NCBI GenBank assembly: GCA_965153355.1
Contig: OZ231126.1
Coordinates: 46,252,001-46,316,000 of the forward strand
Source: Flaccisagitta enflata
Lineage: Eukaryota
Reading direction: 5' to 3'
Length of the DNA stretch: 64,000 bases
Under the pieces are notes generated by a model. It saw only the letters and a program-made list of their open reading frames with translations. It was not told where the DNA came from and did no database searches. Shown here one piece after another: positions 45,560 to 59,011 of this stretch. A program made the position numbers and the translations under genes. The stretch's first letter is position 1; each line of letters opens with the position of its first letter.

Positions 45560-47461
45560 ATAGTAGTAATCGGATAGCATACCTCAATCACGCAGCTTCT
45601 TGAGAAAAAAAAAGATAACCTAACGAGAAAAAATGCACATGTGTCACTATGTGCACACTGCAATATGGTAGGTCAGTCGGTTAGTCCGTCGGTCGGTTGT
45701 TTACATGTTAAGTCGCTTGCGAAGCAACTGTATAAGAGGGTGTAGTTTGAACCATCCGACAAGTTCTAAGGACGCAAACGGGAAATTAGCTGGAATAATG
45801 AATTTGGAGCACTACGGCCCCTTCCAAGCCAAGATAGTCCCCGCCCACCCGTATTACCGCCGCTGCCGAAAGCCCACCCGCAAGCAACAATTTATCGGCC
45901 GTGTATCTGGCCACGTAGAATTGCGGGCTGATTTGGCGTTGCTACCGTCCGCAGTGAGGGGCCTTTGTCCGGCCATGTTTTTCCATCAGCAAAACTGCCA
46001 AACTGTATTTTTGCAAGATCTAATACTAACAGTAGGCATTTGCAGAAAGTGTTCATTACCTCCATGACAATGAATAAAGAGATTGTTTCCTAATCAAAAT
46101 TGAGGTATAGGTCCACACCGTCTTGGAAGACAATTGACGTCAAGAGGAAAGTATTTGATGGGAGAGGTTCTGTTCTATCAAAAAAAAATTGTCGAATGAA
46201 AATCTTTAAAAATTGCTTTGGTAAAACCTTTTCAACGGGAAATGGATTAGTGAAAGGGAAGAAGCGCTCTTGCCTTTCTATTTGCAGCGAAGAGGATCGA
46301 GAAGGACGCGAAGTCGCGAAGGCGCTCATCTTCTCCCCCTCATCTCCATTACTATTGACGGAGAAAGGGTGGGAAAACTGGGAATGGGAGCCGCGTGTGG
46401 GTTCGAGGGCATGGCCGGATAACAAGATGTAATGCAGTGTATGCCTTTGTTTTAGTCCTACAAGCAAAAAAAAAAGATAGTAGGAACGAATGATAGACAT
46501 TCAGACAGACAGACAGACAGACATAGAAAAAAAGATAACTCGGCCGTACTTTCGAACCCTTCAGCGGCACACACATTTTCTTTTGTTTGTTTGTATGTCT
46601 GTCTGTCGGTCTCTCATTCATAACGTCTATCTTTCTTGATGCTTCTTTTTTCTCTGTTTGCTTTTTATTTTTCCTCTCTGAACCTCCATCAGTCTCGCTT
46701 TCTTTTTACCCTTTTTAGTCGCGGACGAGCGACTCTATAAGAGGCTTTGTCCGTCCGTCAGTCCGTTGCTCCGTCCGTCGGTCATGGTGATCCGAGTTGG
46801 AAAGTGTGAAAACGTGCATTTCCCCCCCTGTCCACCCGTCCGCGACTGGTATTGACCGTGTATCCGCCCTTGTTCCTTTCTTCTTTCCTTTTACTCTATC
46901 TTCCCTCTTTCTTTCTCATTTCTTTCTTTTAGAAATACAGTTAGGTATTGATAACATAAAAAAACACAATGAAGGGACTATATATTCATTCTCATAATTA
47001 ATGGAATTCTATTCTGGGCAGATGCTTCAGAGCGCGAATTTACTATTTTATTTTTAATTTCGTCATTAGCTAGCATGGCCCACCCGCACGGATTCGATAT
47101 CAATGATCAATCAAACGCATTGTTGATGAAATTTCACACTTGGTAGGCCTATGTTTTGTGTTCTATCCCTTGTTGACGTCAAGGCGAAAGAAAAACATTT
47201 CTCGCCCCAGAAGAAAACAATCTTGAAGAATTATAGTTTTCATTTTAAGGATTCATTCTCGCATTCTTAGGCGCGGACTCGCGACTCTGTAAGAGGCTTT
47301 GTTCGTCCTTTGGTCCTCCCGTCCATCAGTCCATCCATTGCATTGGTCCGTGACATGACGTGACGTCGAGTTGAAAAGTGTGAAAACGCGCGTTTGAGGT
47401 GTGTGTGTGTGATCAGTAATGAGACTAACGTCGAGTCGAAAATGGTGTAAATGCGCATTTG

Positions 47462-47606
<145 letters not shown>

Positions 47607-47845
47607 TTCCCATCCGCGACGATTTAATATTGTAATTACCCCCCCCCCCCCGAGTTATTTGCTCGAACACATGAACGACAATCATTTCTAAGGCACGCAG
47701 GATATAATTCCCAGTGCAAAACGAATAACGAATAACGAATCACTTATTTTTGTGGTGTAAATGCATTTCTGAATTTTTAGGTTTATCGTTCACGTTCTTC
47801 TTTTGGTTGACGTTTCAATAATATTGCTTCGATTCGATGAGTCCC

Positions 47846-50561
47846 TCAGCACGCTTTGCTACCTGCAAAATCAGAGAAAGGGACAACGAAGTAGGGTCAT
47901 ATGAAAATGAGTTCTTTGGACGCATAATTAGATGAATCTAAATACCATCAAACGATCAAGCACAGACAATTTTTCATGGTGGAGACTAAGTACTTACTTG
48001 ATTGAGGTTCATCGACAAGTGAATCATATTCGACACAAACGGATTTTAGTTTGGCTCTCACAATTTGCTGATGGTAGGAAGACAAAGTCTTTCCTCGTCC
48101 CATTACCAAGACCTAAAAGCCGGGAATGTGTCGATAAATGGTGACGTCATAATTGTTATATTCATTGCAATGTTGGAATTATCTATTGTCAATAATATTA
48201 ATTCGAAACGAACCTGATCTTCGCCGCATTTTCCGTTTTCGAGAATCTTTTTGCAATTCCAAATCAAGGCATAGTTCTGATAATCCGTGCTGGGGGAAAA
48301 GTGAGAAATATGGAATCATAACGCACCAGAGAAAAGGCAGGCATAGGGGCAGAAATGCAGTGTCTGCCCATATCCTTAAAACTTAAACTTAAAACCGGAA
48401 TTCCAGCGTCAAACATAGATTTCGAAAGCACAAAAAAACAAGGCCGGATACACGGCTACCCCAGTCGCGTGCAGGTGGGCAGGGGCTATAATTGAGGTCA
48501 GTGGAGCATTTGGGCAGGAGCAGTAAGGCCAAAAACCCCATTAACGCCGAAAAAGTAAAGTCTGACGGACCGACGGACGGACGGACGGACGGACCGACAA
48601 AGCGGGATGTAGAGTTGCGTAGCACGCGACTAAAAATCCGCAGCCCAGCTCGACGAGTGAGAATCATTAATTCAATATTCACAAACTATTAATAGCAGCC
48701 CAAAGGCAGTAAGTGGTCAGCGGTACCCGTGCCCTGCTTGAGCAGTATGTGATTTATGTTGAGGGGGAGCAGGGCAGCGGCCCCGAAGGGGACGAAGTCC
48801 TGTAGAACACAGGGGGAATCTATTCGTCCATCCGTCCGTCCTTCAGTCTGACTTCCTTCTGTTCAGGATGCCAGGTTATTCAAACTCTCATTGAATAACG
48901 TGGAGAGATGATAAAATGCAGTATTTGGAGAACGGTACCCATGCCCTTCATGAATAGTTTGTAGGTTAGGTCGAGAAGGGAGCAGGCCATGCCAGGATCT
49001 TGGTCTCCAGGGCCAACATTTGGTCTCAGAGACCAATTTCTCGGACTCAGAGGCCAGGATTTGAGTCTCTAAGGCCAGGATTTGGGTCTCTGAGACTAGG
49101 ATTTAGGTCTTAGAGGCCAGAATCTGGGTCCCAGAGGCCAGAATCTGGGTCTCTAATGCTAGGATGTGGGTTTTAGAAGCCAGAATCTAAGTACCAGAAG
49201 CCAAAATCTAGGTCCAAAGGGCTAAAATGATAGAATTCAGACCAAAATTCAGGTTTTCTAGCCAGATTAGGACCATTTTGCTTGGATTTGGGCTATTTTG
49301 CTTGGATTTGAGCCATACAGTTTAGATTTGGGCCCCAAAGGAGACGAAGCCCTGAGGATGGAGCTGGGGGGGGACAGATGGACGGACGTACGTACGGACG
49401 GACAGATTCCCCCTGTGTTCTACAGGACTTCGTCCCCTTCGGGGCCGCTGCCCAAAAAGCGAAACGAATCGTACCTGAGAACGACGAAATCGAAGAAATT
49501 TTCGCCAAACAGCCCCTCGGCAAATGCAGTCAAGTCGACATCCGGCAACTCCATTCCAAGTCCCAGTGGCTCCATGAAAGTACCCAAACGGAATCTGACA
49601 GACAGCTTGCCGGGTTCCGCTGGATTATCCGGTTGCAATTGCAAAGGAGGAATAGCTTGACACATCTCAAATTTCATTCCGAAGATAGTCATGTCTAAGA
49701 CCGTGGTTCCAGCGACTGTCAACTGTGCAAATGCAAATGATATTGCCAAATCATTTGTAAATCAAATGCGGGGCATTCACGTTCGTGATGTTACTCTTCA
49801 AAGACTAAATGATATGAATGCACGATAAAACAAGCCCAAACACAAACATCCACGCTATTTTGGAACAACAAACCAGAGATGACAGGACGCCACTTAAAAT
49901 GCCAAAATGCGTTAAGAATTAATAATGGTAAAAAAAGATAAATAAAACAAAACCTGATTACTATTTCATACCTGATTGTCCATTGAAAATACCCTGGCTT
50001 TCATGGAATGTGTTTTGATGTTAAAGAAGGTTGAACCGGAAAATATGTTCAGAGCGTACATGGTAATGTCGATGGTGCTCAAGCTAGTTCGTTTCAGCAC
50101 CCTCCACTCCCCTGTTGGCAAAATTCCATGTGGTAAGGTACATTTTACACTTGGTATGATTGCCAAATAAATCGTGATGCGTTTGTCGAATAATCGTCAT
50201 AAGTCTATAAGTTAAAGAAATATGTTGAAACATTGAATCACTGCAGAGGCACAGAAACGAAGAAGAGGAGCTTTTGACTATTAAAACAATTACCGTTAAA
50301 ACTCTTCATGTCAAACATGGGTTGAGCTTTGACATCCTTGACTAGGCAAGTATCCATTCGCCCAAAGCCGGAGTTGCCATAACCGGAGCCAGAATTTCCA
50401 AATGATCCGGTATTGCCGAATGAACCGGTATTGCCGATGTTGCCGGCATTTCCAGAGCTGCCCGAATTAACCGGATTTCCCGTATTGCCGGGAAACCGTT
50501 GGCTCAGCGATGATTGGAAAAGAACGGAGCAAAAAAACAAGCCAATTCCGATGGATGCCAT
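47846..50561 (-). CDS. Secreted lipocalin, RBP4/purpurin-like, 287 aa; exons 50561-50294, 50111-49972, 49722-49475, 48289-48214, 48112-47998, 47862-47846
   Basis: Signal peptide, SCR1 FDMKSFNGEW, SCR2 STDYQNYA, SCR3 VMGR and six Cys spaced as in RBP4. Five GT-AG introns with consistent phases, and the CDS totals 864 nt. Confidence 0.88.
48695..49458 (+). mobile_element. Interspersed repeat family B copy in lipocalin intron 3
   Basis: Same subterminal inverted repeats, with an internal 21-bp GAGGCCAGGATTTGGGTCTCT-type array at ~48990-49260. Confidence 0.7.
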
Positions 50562-52455
50562 ATTCAAGGAGGGAAAAAAAGAGGAAGAAAGAGAAAAAAG
50601 TAACTCGTTAAAATGATCACTAGTTCAGAGTGAGTGAGTGAAATGAAGTGAAGTAAAGGGACTGAGATTCCGAGATGGGAAGGGATTCCAGAGAAAAGAA
50701 ATGGTAGAAGAATGGGAAAGTAAAAAAACAAGGCCGGATACACGGCTAACCCAGTGACGTGCGAGTAGGCAGGGGCAGAGGATAAGAAGCTTCTTAGAGA
50801 AGGTCACATGGGAATTTTGACAGGAGCAGTGGACGGACACTCAAAAATGCAAAAAAAAGTGGACTAACTGACCAACCGACAGACCGACATAGCGGGATGT
50901 AGAGCCGCGTGGCGCGCGAATAAAAAGTTAGTTTTTGAGACTTTTCTCAAGAAGCTTGCTTTGTCAGTCACACCGACTTTGGCTTTGTGTTTGGGTGCCT
51001 TGGTCTCAATGCCCCTACAAAAATAGCCTCGATGGCTGCCTATGCGGCACAACTCAACCACATGCTACTAAAGCAGCCTGGTATTCGTCTGGCCTTGCTT
51101 GTTTTTCTTTGTCGTTCATGCTTTTTAAAAAATTGTGTCAATAGAATCCACTCTCACCAAATTCCGCATCGACCAAAAAAACATACTTGGGAATCTATTC
51201 CAATGCATTGCACCTGCCATTTCGCATTACTGCACTAGCGCTCCTGAAATGCGCAGAAAATGGCTTTGGTATCCCCACCCGGCGCTTTTTCCTTTCCAAT
51301 ATAACTAAAAAACAGTAAACAGGCCTCAGAATGTCACGGGCATCGGAATTGGAGCATCGGTAGTTGAAGGAAAATGAAGAAAAAACAGAAATATAGGGGT
51401 CAGACACCCCTAACTTTGTTAGCTCATATCTTTTTAACGAATTAAGCTAATGACCTCAATTTGGGCTCATTTTAAAGAGTAGGCGCAGCTCTTTAAAATG
51501 AGCCCAAGTTGAAGTCATTAGCTCAATCCATTTAGAAGCAGCATTGCTCCAAAGTTGATGTTAGTTTGAGCATAACATGGATTTCATTTATGCAACCTTG
51601 AAAGCTTATAACATCCAAACGAATTGAGTTAATGACCTCAATTTGGGCTCATTTAAAAAGAGCTGCATCTACTCTCTAAAATGAACCCAAGTTGAGGTCA
51701 TTAACTCATTTCATTTAGAAGTAGCATTGCTCCAAAGTTGATGTTAGTTTGAGCAAAACATGGATTTCATTCATGCAACTTTGAAAGCTTATATCTTCCA
51801 AACAAATTGGGCTAATGACCTCAATTTGGGCTCATTTTAAAGAGCTGCATCTAGTTTTTGAAATGAGCCCAAGTTGAGGTCATTAGCTCATTTTGTTTAG
51901 AAGTAGCATTGCTCCTAAGTTGATGTCATTTTGAGTGCACGCATCTGTGCAACCTGCTTTGTCTGTCTGTCAAACTTTTTTTTTCTTTTTCTGCGTATAC
52001 AGGTGGTTATCACTGCCCCTGCTCACCGTTACGCGACTATGGTGGCCATGTATCTGGCCTGGATAATATCCACCCATAAGAGAAATCCCTCATGCCTCGG
52101 CGACCAGGAGCAGCATTACAAAAACAAGCCATTAAAACTATCCACCTAAGAAGAAAATGAGACAAGGTTTCAGAAGTTTGTTTTACAATTTCACTTTAAT
52201 CTTTTTTTGAATTTTTTTTTCACCACACAGAAGTGCAAAATATCTAAATAATTCTTCAACAAAATATTTTGATATCCTAATGTAATTCTAAAACAAATTT
52301 TTGAAATTCTGATATAATTCTAAAACAAATTATTAATTGAATGATTTATCTTTAATTGAATAATTCAAAACCAAATATCACGAAATTCTAAAATAATTCT
52401 TTAAAAAACACATTGTCAAATTTCAAAATCTAAATACGCAAGGAATTCACAATAT

Positions 52456-53084
52456 AACAGGTCGCCCAAGGGCAATATGTGGTCAGCGATACCCATTGCC
52501 CTGCTTTGCTTGATTGTGAATTGGAGTGAGAGAAGCAGGGCAGCGGCCCCAAAGGGGACGAAGTTTTGTAGAACACAGGACGACTTACGTTCGTCTGTCC
52601 GTCCATCCATCCGTCCATCTCCTCCAGGCCCTCTCAGGCCTGAAATCTGCCCTCTCAGACCTGAAATCTGCCCTATTAGGCCTGAAATCTACTCTCTCAG
52701 GCCTGAAATCTGCTCTCTCAGACCTGAAATCTGCCCTATTAGGCCTGAAATCTACTCTCTCAGACCTGAAATCTGCCCTCTCAAGCCTTGAATCTGCATG
52801 AGAGGGCAGATTTAAGACCTGTGAGGACAGATTGCAGGCCTGAGGGCAGATTTTAGGCATGAGAGGGCAGATTCAAGGCTTGAGAGGGCAAATTTTAGAC
52901 CTGAGAGGGTAGATTTCAGGCCTGATAGGGCAGATTTCAGGCCTGATAGGGCAGATTTCAGGCCTGAGGAGGCCTGTAGGGGGACGGATGGATGAACGGA
53001 CGGACGGACGGATTGACAAACGGACAAACAAAAGTCCCCCTGTGTTCTACAGGACTTTGTCCCCTTCAGGGCTGCTGCCCAAAA
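52456..53084 (+). mobile_element. Interspersed repeat family B copy with an inverted 21-bp minisatellite
   Basis: Same architecture as 1908-2401. Confidence 0.75.
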
Positions 53085-55001
53085 GGCAACCAAGGCCAAA
53101 AATACGAAGAAACCGAGGCCAAAAATACAAACAATAATCATTCATCATAGGCCTTCACTAATGCCGCTTTTGTGCTCCGGCTTGGTAAGCGCTCAATTGC
53201 CTGCCCAACAACACTTAATATAGCCTGAAAATCATCCTCGTTTTTTTGCGCAAATTTTCTAGTAATCGCTTGTCCGCTTAATCATCCTCTCAGTGCTTTC
53301 ATTTGAGATTGGCAGATCGTGAGCAAACTTATGAAAGCGCTGGTAGGCTGTATTGTTTGACCAAATAGAAACTGGCTCGCTCAACCACTAGGTTTCGATT
53401 TGAAGGGCAATGAAAAAGTGCCACGACTGTGGTCCCAATCATAGGAGAAATCTCAGAACACTCATTGCGAAGGTAAAGCTCCTAATCATAGGAGAAATCT
53501 CAGAACACTCATTGCGAAGGTAAAGCTGATATTGTCTTAGCTTTACTAAGTTTAGATTTTTCTATCAAAATTATTTTTTTCTTCTTCTGGGCTGAGAAAA
53601 GTATGTCACGCCATAGGCTAAAAAGCAAAAAAAAAGTTCAACTGGATTTTTTTTTGATAGCTCATTCAGCCAAGCATTTTGAGTATTTCAAAGCCAGGAC
53701 TGAAAAAAAAATAAACAAAGCAATTAAATGAGTGAAGTTCATTATTTCAGATGCTTGAAACTAAAGAGGTTGATTCAGTTAGTGCACCCATCGTCACCGG
53801 TCCCATGCGTAATCCATCTTTGGGAATAGCTTGGATTGCCTTTGAATTACAACAAGGCCGGATACACGGCAAATCAAGAAACCGGTTTTTTTTCACCTCT
53901 TTCAATATGCTGCTCAAAGAAGATGGATTCTCTGAGTTGTCTACACAAGTCCAGATGCTTAATTTTTGAGAAAAAGTAAGCATATGTAAAATCTACATTA
54001 AATTTGTATCAATTTTAGTAAAATCCTACAACTTTTGCTCAATTTTATAAGGGGAAACATTGATTTTATGGTCAGAAACCTTTAAAAATCCATGATTTCC
54101 CTTTAAAACACAGAAAAAAGCTGTAGTTTTTCAAAATGATATGGGCGATAAGTAGTTATTCTTCATAGACACTGAACTGAACAGTAAAAAATCGTTTTCT
54201 GAGGGCTTTCTGGATCTTTTTTCAGAATTGATCTACCATCTTTAGAAGAAAAATTGTGTCGTTTTCTTTTGTCTCATTTGGCGCGGTATTCCCTGTAGGT
54301 GACTGAGTTGCATGGGTGAAATCCAGGCTTAATGATAACTTACATCAACTTAAAGAGATAGCTGCTTCAATGCGAATTGAGCTAACAACCTCAACTTAAG
54401 CTTTTTTTCAAGAGCTGCGTCTTTTCTTCAAAATGAGCCCAAGTTGAGGTCATCAGCTCAATTCCTTTAGAAGATATGAGCTTGCAAAGTTGCATGAGTG
54501 AAATCAATTTTTTGCTTAAACTTACATCTACTTTGGAACAATGCTGCGTCTTAACGGATTGAGCTAATGACCTCAACTTGGGCTCATTTTAAAGAGCTGT
54601 GTCTATTCTTTAAAATGAGCCCAAGTTGAGGTCATTAGCTCAATTCGCTTAGAAGATATGAGCTTGAAAAGTTGCATGAGTGAAATCAATTATTTGCTCA
54701 AACATACATCAACTTTGGAACAATGCTGCGTCTAAACGGATTGAGCTAATGACCTCAATTTGAGCTCATTTTAAAGAGCTGCGTCTGTTCTTTAAAATGA
54801 GCCCAAGTTGAGGTCATTTCCTCAATTCATTCAGAAAATATGAGCTAACAAAGTTAGGGGTGTCTGACCCCTATATTTTCTGTTTTTTCTTCATTTTTCT
54901 TCTACTACCGATGCTCCAATTCCGATACCCTTGAGTTTCTGAGGGCTTTTTACTCTTTTTTGGTCATGTTGGAAAGGAAAAAGCGCCGGGTGGGGATACT
55001 A

Positions 55002-55887
55002 CAGCCGGAGACCCTAGAAAAGCTGATTTTTCAGCTTTTGCTTTTTTTTCAATTTTTCCTTAATTTCTCTTGGCTAAATGTGCTTATTGAGTGGGTTAAT
55101 TTCTTTTTTGTCATGGATCCATGGTCTGTGGCTACATTGTGTGAAAAAATTGCGGTTAATAACACAATTCTAGCATTTTTTTTTCAAATCATGAAAAAAA
55201 TTGAGTTCAGATGGCAACTCTCAATTTTTCTCATTTTTAGCTTACAGATAGATTTTGAGACAAGGAATTCATCTAGAATGTCAAATCCTTTAGCACTCAT
55301 CAATAAATAGGTCAAAACGCGCTTTTAAATATCAAAAAGCCCAAAAGCTTAACACCCAAGTTGTTAGAGCTCAAAAAGCTCAATTCTGAGCTTTTTAAAA
55401 GCTCAGAGTTGAGCTTTTTGAGACTCACCTCCTCCTATACGCAAGTCTCAAAAAGCTCAACTCTGAGCTTTTCAAAAGCTCAGAATTGAGCTTTTTGAGC
55501 TCTAGCAACATGAGACTTGAGCTTTTGGGCTCAAAAAGCTGATTTCTGAGCTTTTAAATATTCAAAAGCGCATTTTGACCTAATTATTGATAAGTGCTAA
55601 AGGATGTGACATTCTAGATGAATTCCTTGTCTCAAAATCTCTCTGTATGCCAAAAATTAGAAAAATTGAAAGGTGCCATCTGAACCCAATTTTTTTCATG
55701 ATTTCAGAAAATATGCTAAAATTGAGTTAATAACCGCAATTTTTTTACAAAATGTAGCTACAAACCATAGATCCACGACAAAAATGAAGTTAACCCACTC
55801 AATGAGCTCATTTAGCCAAGAGAAGTTAAAGAAAAATTGAAAAAAAAGAAAAAGCTGAAAAATCAGCTTTTTTAGGGTCTCCGGCTG
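55002..55887. mobile_element. Foldback MITE (886 bp) nested in the right TIR of the larger element
   Basis: CAGCCGGAGACCCTA ... TAGGGTCTCCGGCTG, palindromic almost to its centre (~55435) and flanked by TACTA on both sides. Confidence 0.85.
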
Positions 55888-56295
55888 TACTAAAGCCATT
55901 TTCTGCGCATTCCATGAGCGCTATTACTGCACCTAACCCGCTGTTTAAGCCAAAGTATTTAACCCTCATGGCCTCGGTAAATCCGAGCCACTTATGCGCA
56001 TATGCCACATATGCACCAGAATCTGGCACCAAGGCCCAGATCTTACCCTCGCCAAATTCCAAATTTGAAATTCAGAGTTCAAATCATAGACTCAATTAGA
56101 CTCCATCAAGGATATCGAGATGGAGACCTGTTGTATGAACAAATGGACGTCGACCAAAGTCAGAGAAAGTCCCAACAATTAAACATCGGATTCAGGCCTA
56201 GTAGCGGACGGTCGGACACATACGTTCAGATGCTTACGAAGTCGCTAAATGACTTGATGAACCTAGCAGAGATGAATAGACTAAATAGCTCCTCA

Positions 56296-56538
<243 letters not shown>

Positions 56539-56685
56539 GTTCAAGATTCAATAAACGAAAGTGTTTGCCGAAGTAAGGTTTGCCACGTAAACTAAACTAA
56601 CTAAAGTGGTTAAGCCTGCCAAGTAGAATATAACCGCGAAAAAGGTAGGAAAAAAAAAGCTTTTCATAGCGCTTTCTCAAAACTA

Positions 56686-56855
56686 CAGTTGAACCCCGCT
56701 CTAGCGGACCCGCCACTAACGGAATTTTGCCTATAATGCATGCTAATTCAGAGTCCCTTTAACTTGTTTTTCTTTATATTTGCTCTTACAGAATTTTATC
56801 TATAACAAACAAAATTTTTTAGTCCCTTGAAATCCGTTCGAGCGGGATTTAATTG
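56686..56855. mobile_element. pogo/Tigger-like MITE (170 bp)
   Basis: TA|CAGTTGAACCCCGCTCTAGCGGA ... TCCGTTCGAGCGGGATTTAATTG|TA. Confidence 0.65.
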
Positions 56856-57563
56856 TAATTTCCTTTCGAAAAGATGTACCAAATCAACATTACAAAACTG
56901 AGCTGTCTGCAAAGTTCCTCAATGATGTTTTAAGGAATGCGGCAGCGGTCGATTTCCAAGCCGCTTCCGCCGCAATTGTTTTGCTTACAATCGCAGTTAA
57001 ATAGTTTTAGCTATCCTATACACCAAATAAGAAACAAGTAAGAACCTCTTGCGCTTCAACATTTCAATTCCCATATTGAAAGTATTGCAACACCTGGACT
57101 ACCTTTCAAAAGATAATGACTATCACTGGAATCCTGCATGAACAGAGCACTCACATTTTTTCAAGATCTCTGGTTTTTGCAGCAGAAAAAACTCTTGTTG
57201 AAGCAAATAAAGCAAAAAAAGCCAGTTGATTATCCAAAAAGAAAAAAAACAATAAGCAATATTATCAACTAATATAAAAGATTTGGCTAACATAAATATA
57301 TGATGGACTAGTTGTAGACAGATGATTCGAAAATTGTAATGTGTTCTTGTAATTTCTAATTGATAAATAAATTTATTTCATTCAATAAAAATAGTTTTCA
57401 TTTTTGTATACTATTATCGAGCGAACACTAGGACGCATCCTTGTGTTAGGATGTAGCAGGTGGAAAAAAACATTTTGCCATTGAGAGAAAATCCCAGCCT
57501 GTTGATCGACACGCTGCATACCCTTCCCTCTATTTCAATTTTCGAAAGCTTGAGATGTCTTCA

Positions 57564-58252
57564 TCAACTGGAGGCCCCTAACTGTTCCATCCTGGCTGCA
57601 GTGTCCTTGGCGAGGTTCAGCTGCGAGATTCGCTCGTAATGTTTGTGTCCTTCTGGATCCCGGAATCGGTAAATGTACGAGGTTGCGCGAGTATCCAACA
57701 AAGCCGCTGGGCAAACATCCACTTTTTTGGGCACAAATTCTGGGAAAAAAACGGTAATGGCAAACATTGTTTTTTACAAATGCAGAGAAGAGGTTTGATC
57801 AGTCATTTGTCTCTGCTGGCCGTTCTTTCATGTGAAGAATGATGTGATATGTCCCTCTCGATTCGAAAATCTAAATTCCAGATTCCAGAAGGTTTTAATA
57901 CAGTTCTGCTTACCAGTTTTGTAGCTGGTGCAATGATCTATTGGCTCAACTCGTGGCTGGTACGACTGATCCGGGGCGAAGCTAGAGGGAGGAGGAACTT
58001 TGCCGTGATTTACGAAGTCGGTAGAGACAGTCGTTATGCCGTCGAAAGGAGCGTCCGATCTGAAGACGAACGAAATTTGTGAGCCGCATGAAAATATAGA
58101 TAAAAAGATACACAGGGTATGACATAGCAGATAGATAAACGAATGATAAATAAATGGATTGAAAGGAAGATGTGTAAACGGAGACTGATTTGTGTGCAAT
58201 ATTGAAAGATTGAATAATTAACTTAGAAATAGGTTGATAGAACGATAGATAT

Positions 58253-58327
<75 letters not shown>

Positions 58328-58976
58328 GCGTACCTAAATCCTTTCGGAGGCGGATGTTTGGCTTTTTCGGGGATGTCCCATTTTCTGAATTCGCCGCGAT
58401 ACGAAGTATTCGGGTTGAATGGTCCTGGATCCCGTTTCCGGTTGGAGGGCAGAATGGGCTTGGCCGGCGCCGCCCCGTGAGGCACGTAGTTCGTCCTGTA
58501 AGTCGTATCGCTGTCCATGTCACCCTCGGGCAACGGCTTGTAATGCGGACCGCAAGGCTGTGGAGGACGCTGATCCCAAGGCACGTAATCCTGTGTTTTG
58601 AGATGGTAAACGAAGCCATGTTATGGCCAATATGTGCACCTTGCTGTTAAGGATGTGTGAAGTACCGTTTTGAATGTATGAATGAATGAAAAAAAACAAA
58701 TGAATGGATGAATTCCCCTCCCCCCCTCATGCCCTTTTTCGCGCCTTCCTATTCATGTACTATTGTGTGATTTTTTGACCACACATTTTCGTTGTCCAAA
58801 CCCTATAAATACCATGATTCTCTGTATATCATTCAAAGCCTGATGATGCATAGTGCAGAAACACGACGTGTAGCTTTTAAAGCCGACTTTTCATTTTCTA
58901 ATTGAATGGATGAATAAATCAAAGGATGAATTTATGAATGAATGAATGAATGAATGAATGGATGAATGAATGAATG

Positions 58977-59011
<35 letters not shown>

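Larger units (their letters stand above)
51236..55923. mobile_element. Mutator/foldback-like non-autonomous element (4.7 kb) with ~700-bp TIRs containing ~182-bp tandem units
   Basis: Termini TAGCGCTC / GAGCGCTA with a 9-bp TSD TTACTGCAC (51227-51235, 55924-55932). Arms are 51236-~51930 and ~54370-55923, and the right arm is interrupted by a nested foldback. Confidence 0.85.

Noticed and set aside
51430-51930. CRISPR-like array of palindromic repeats (also 54370-54830, 61830-62400)
   Set aside because: The spacers are themselves repeated, the units lie in transposon arms, there are no cas genes and the context is eukaryotic.
53747-53983. Possible transposase exon inside the 4.7-kb element
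   Set aside because: Short ORFs contain a family-A end fragment, and no DDE or zinc-finger motif could be recognised.
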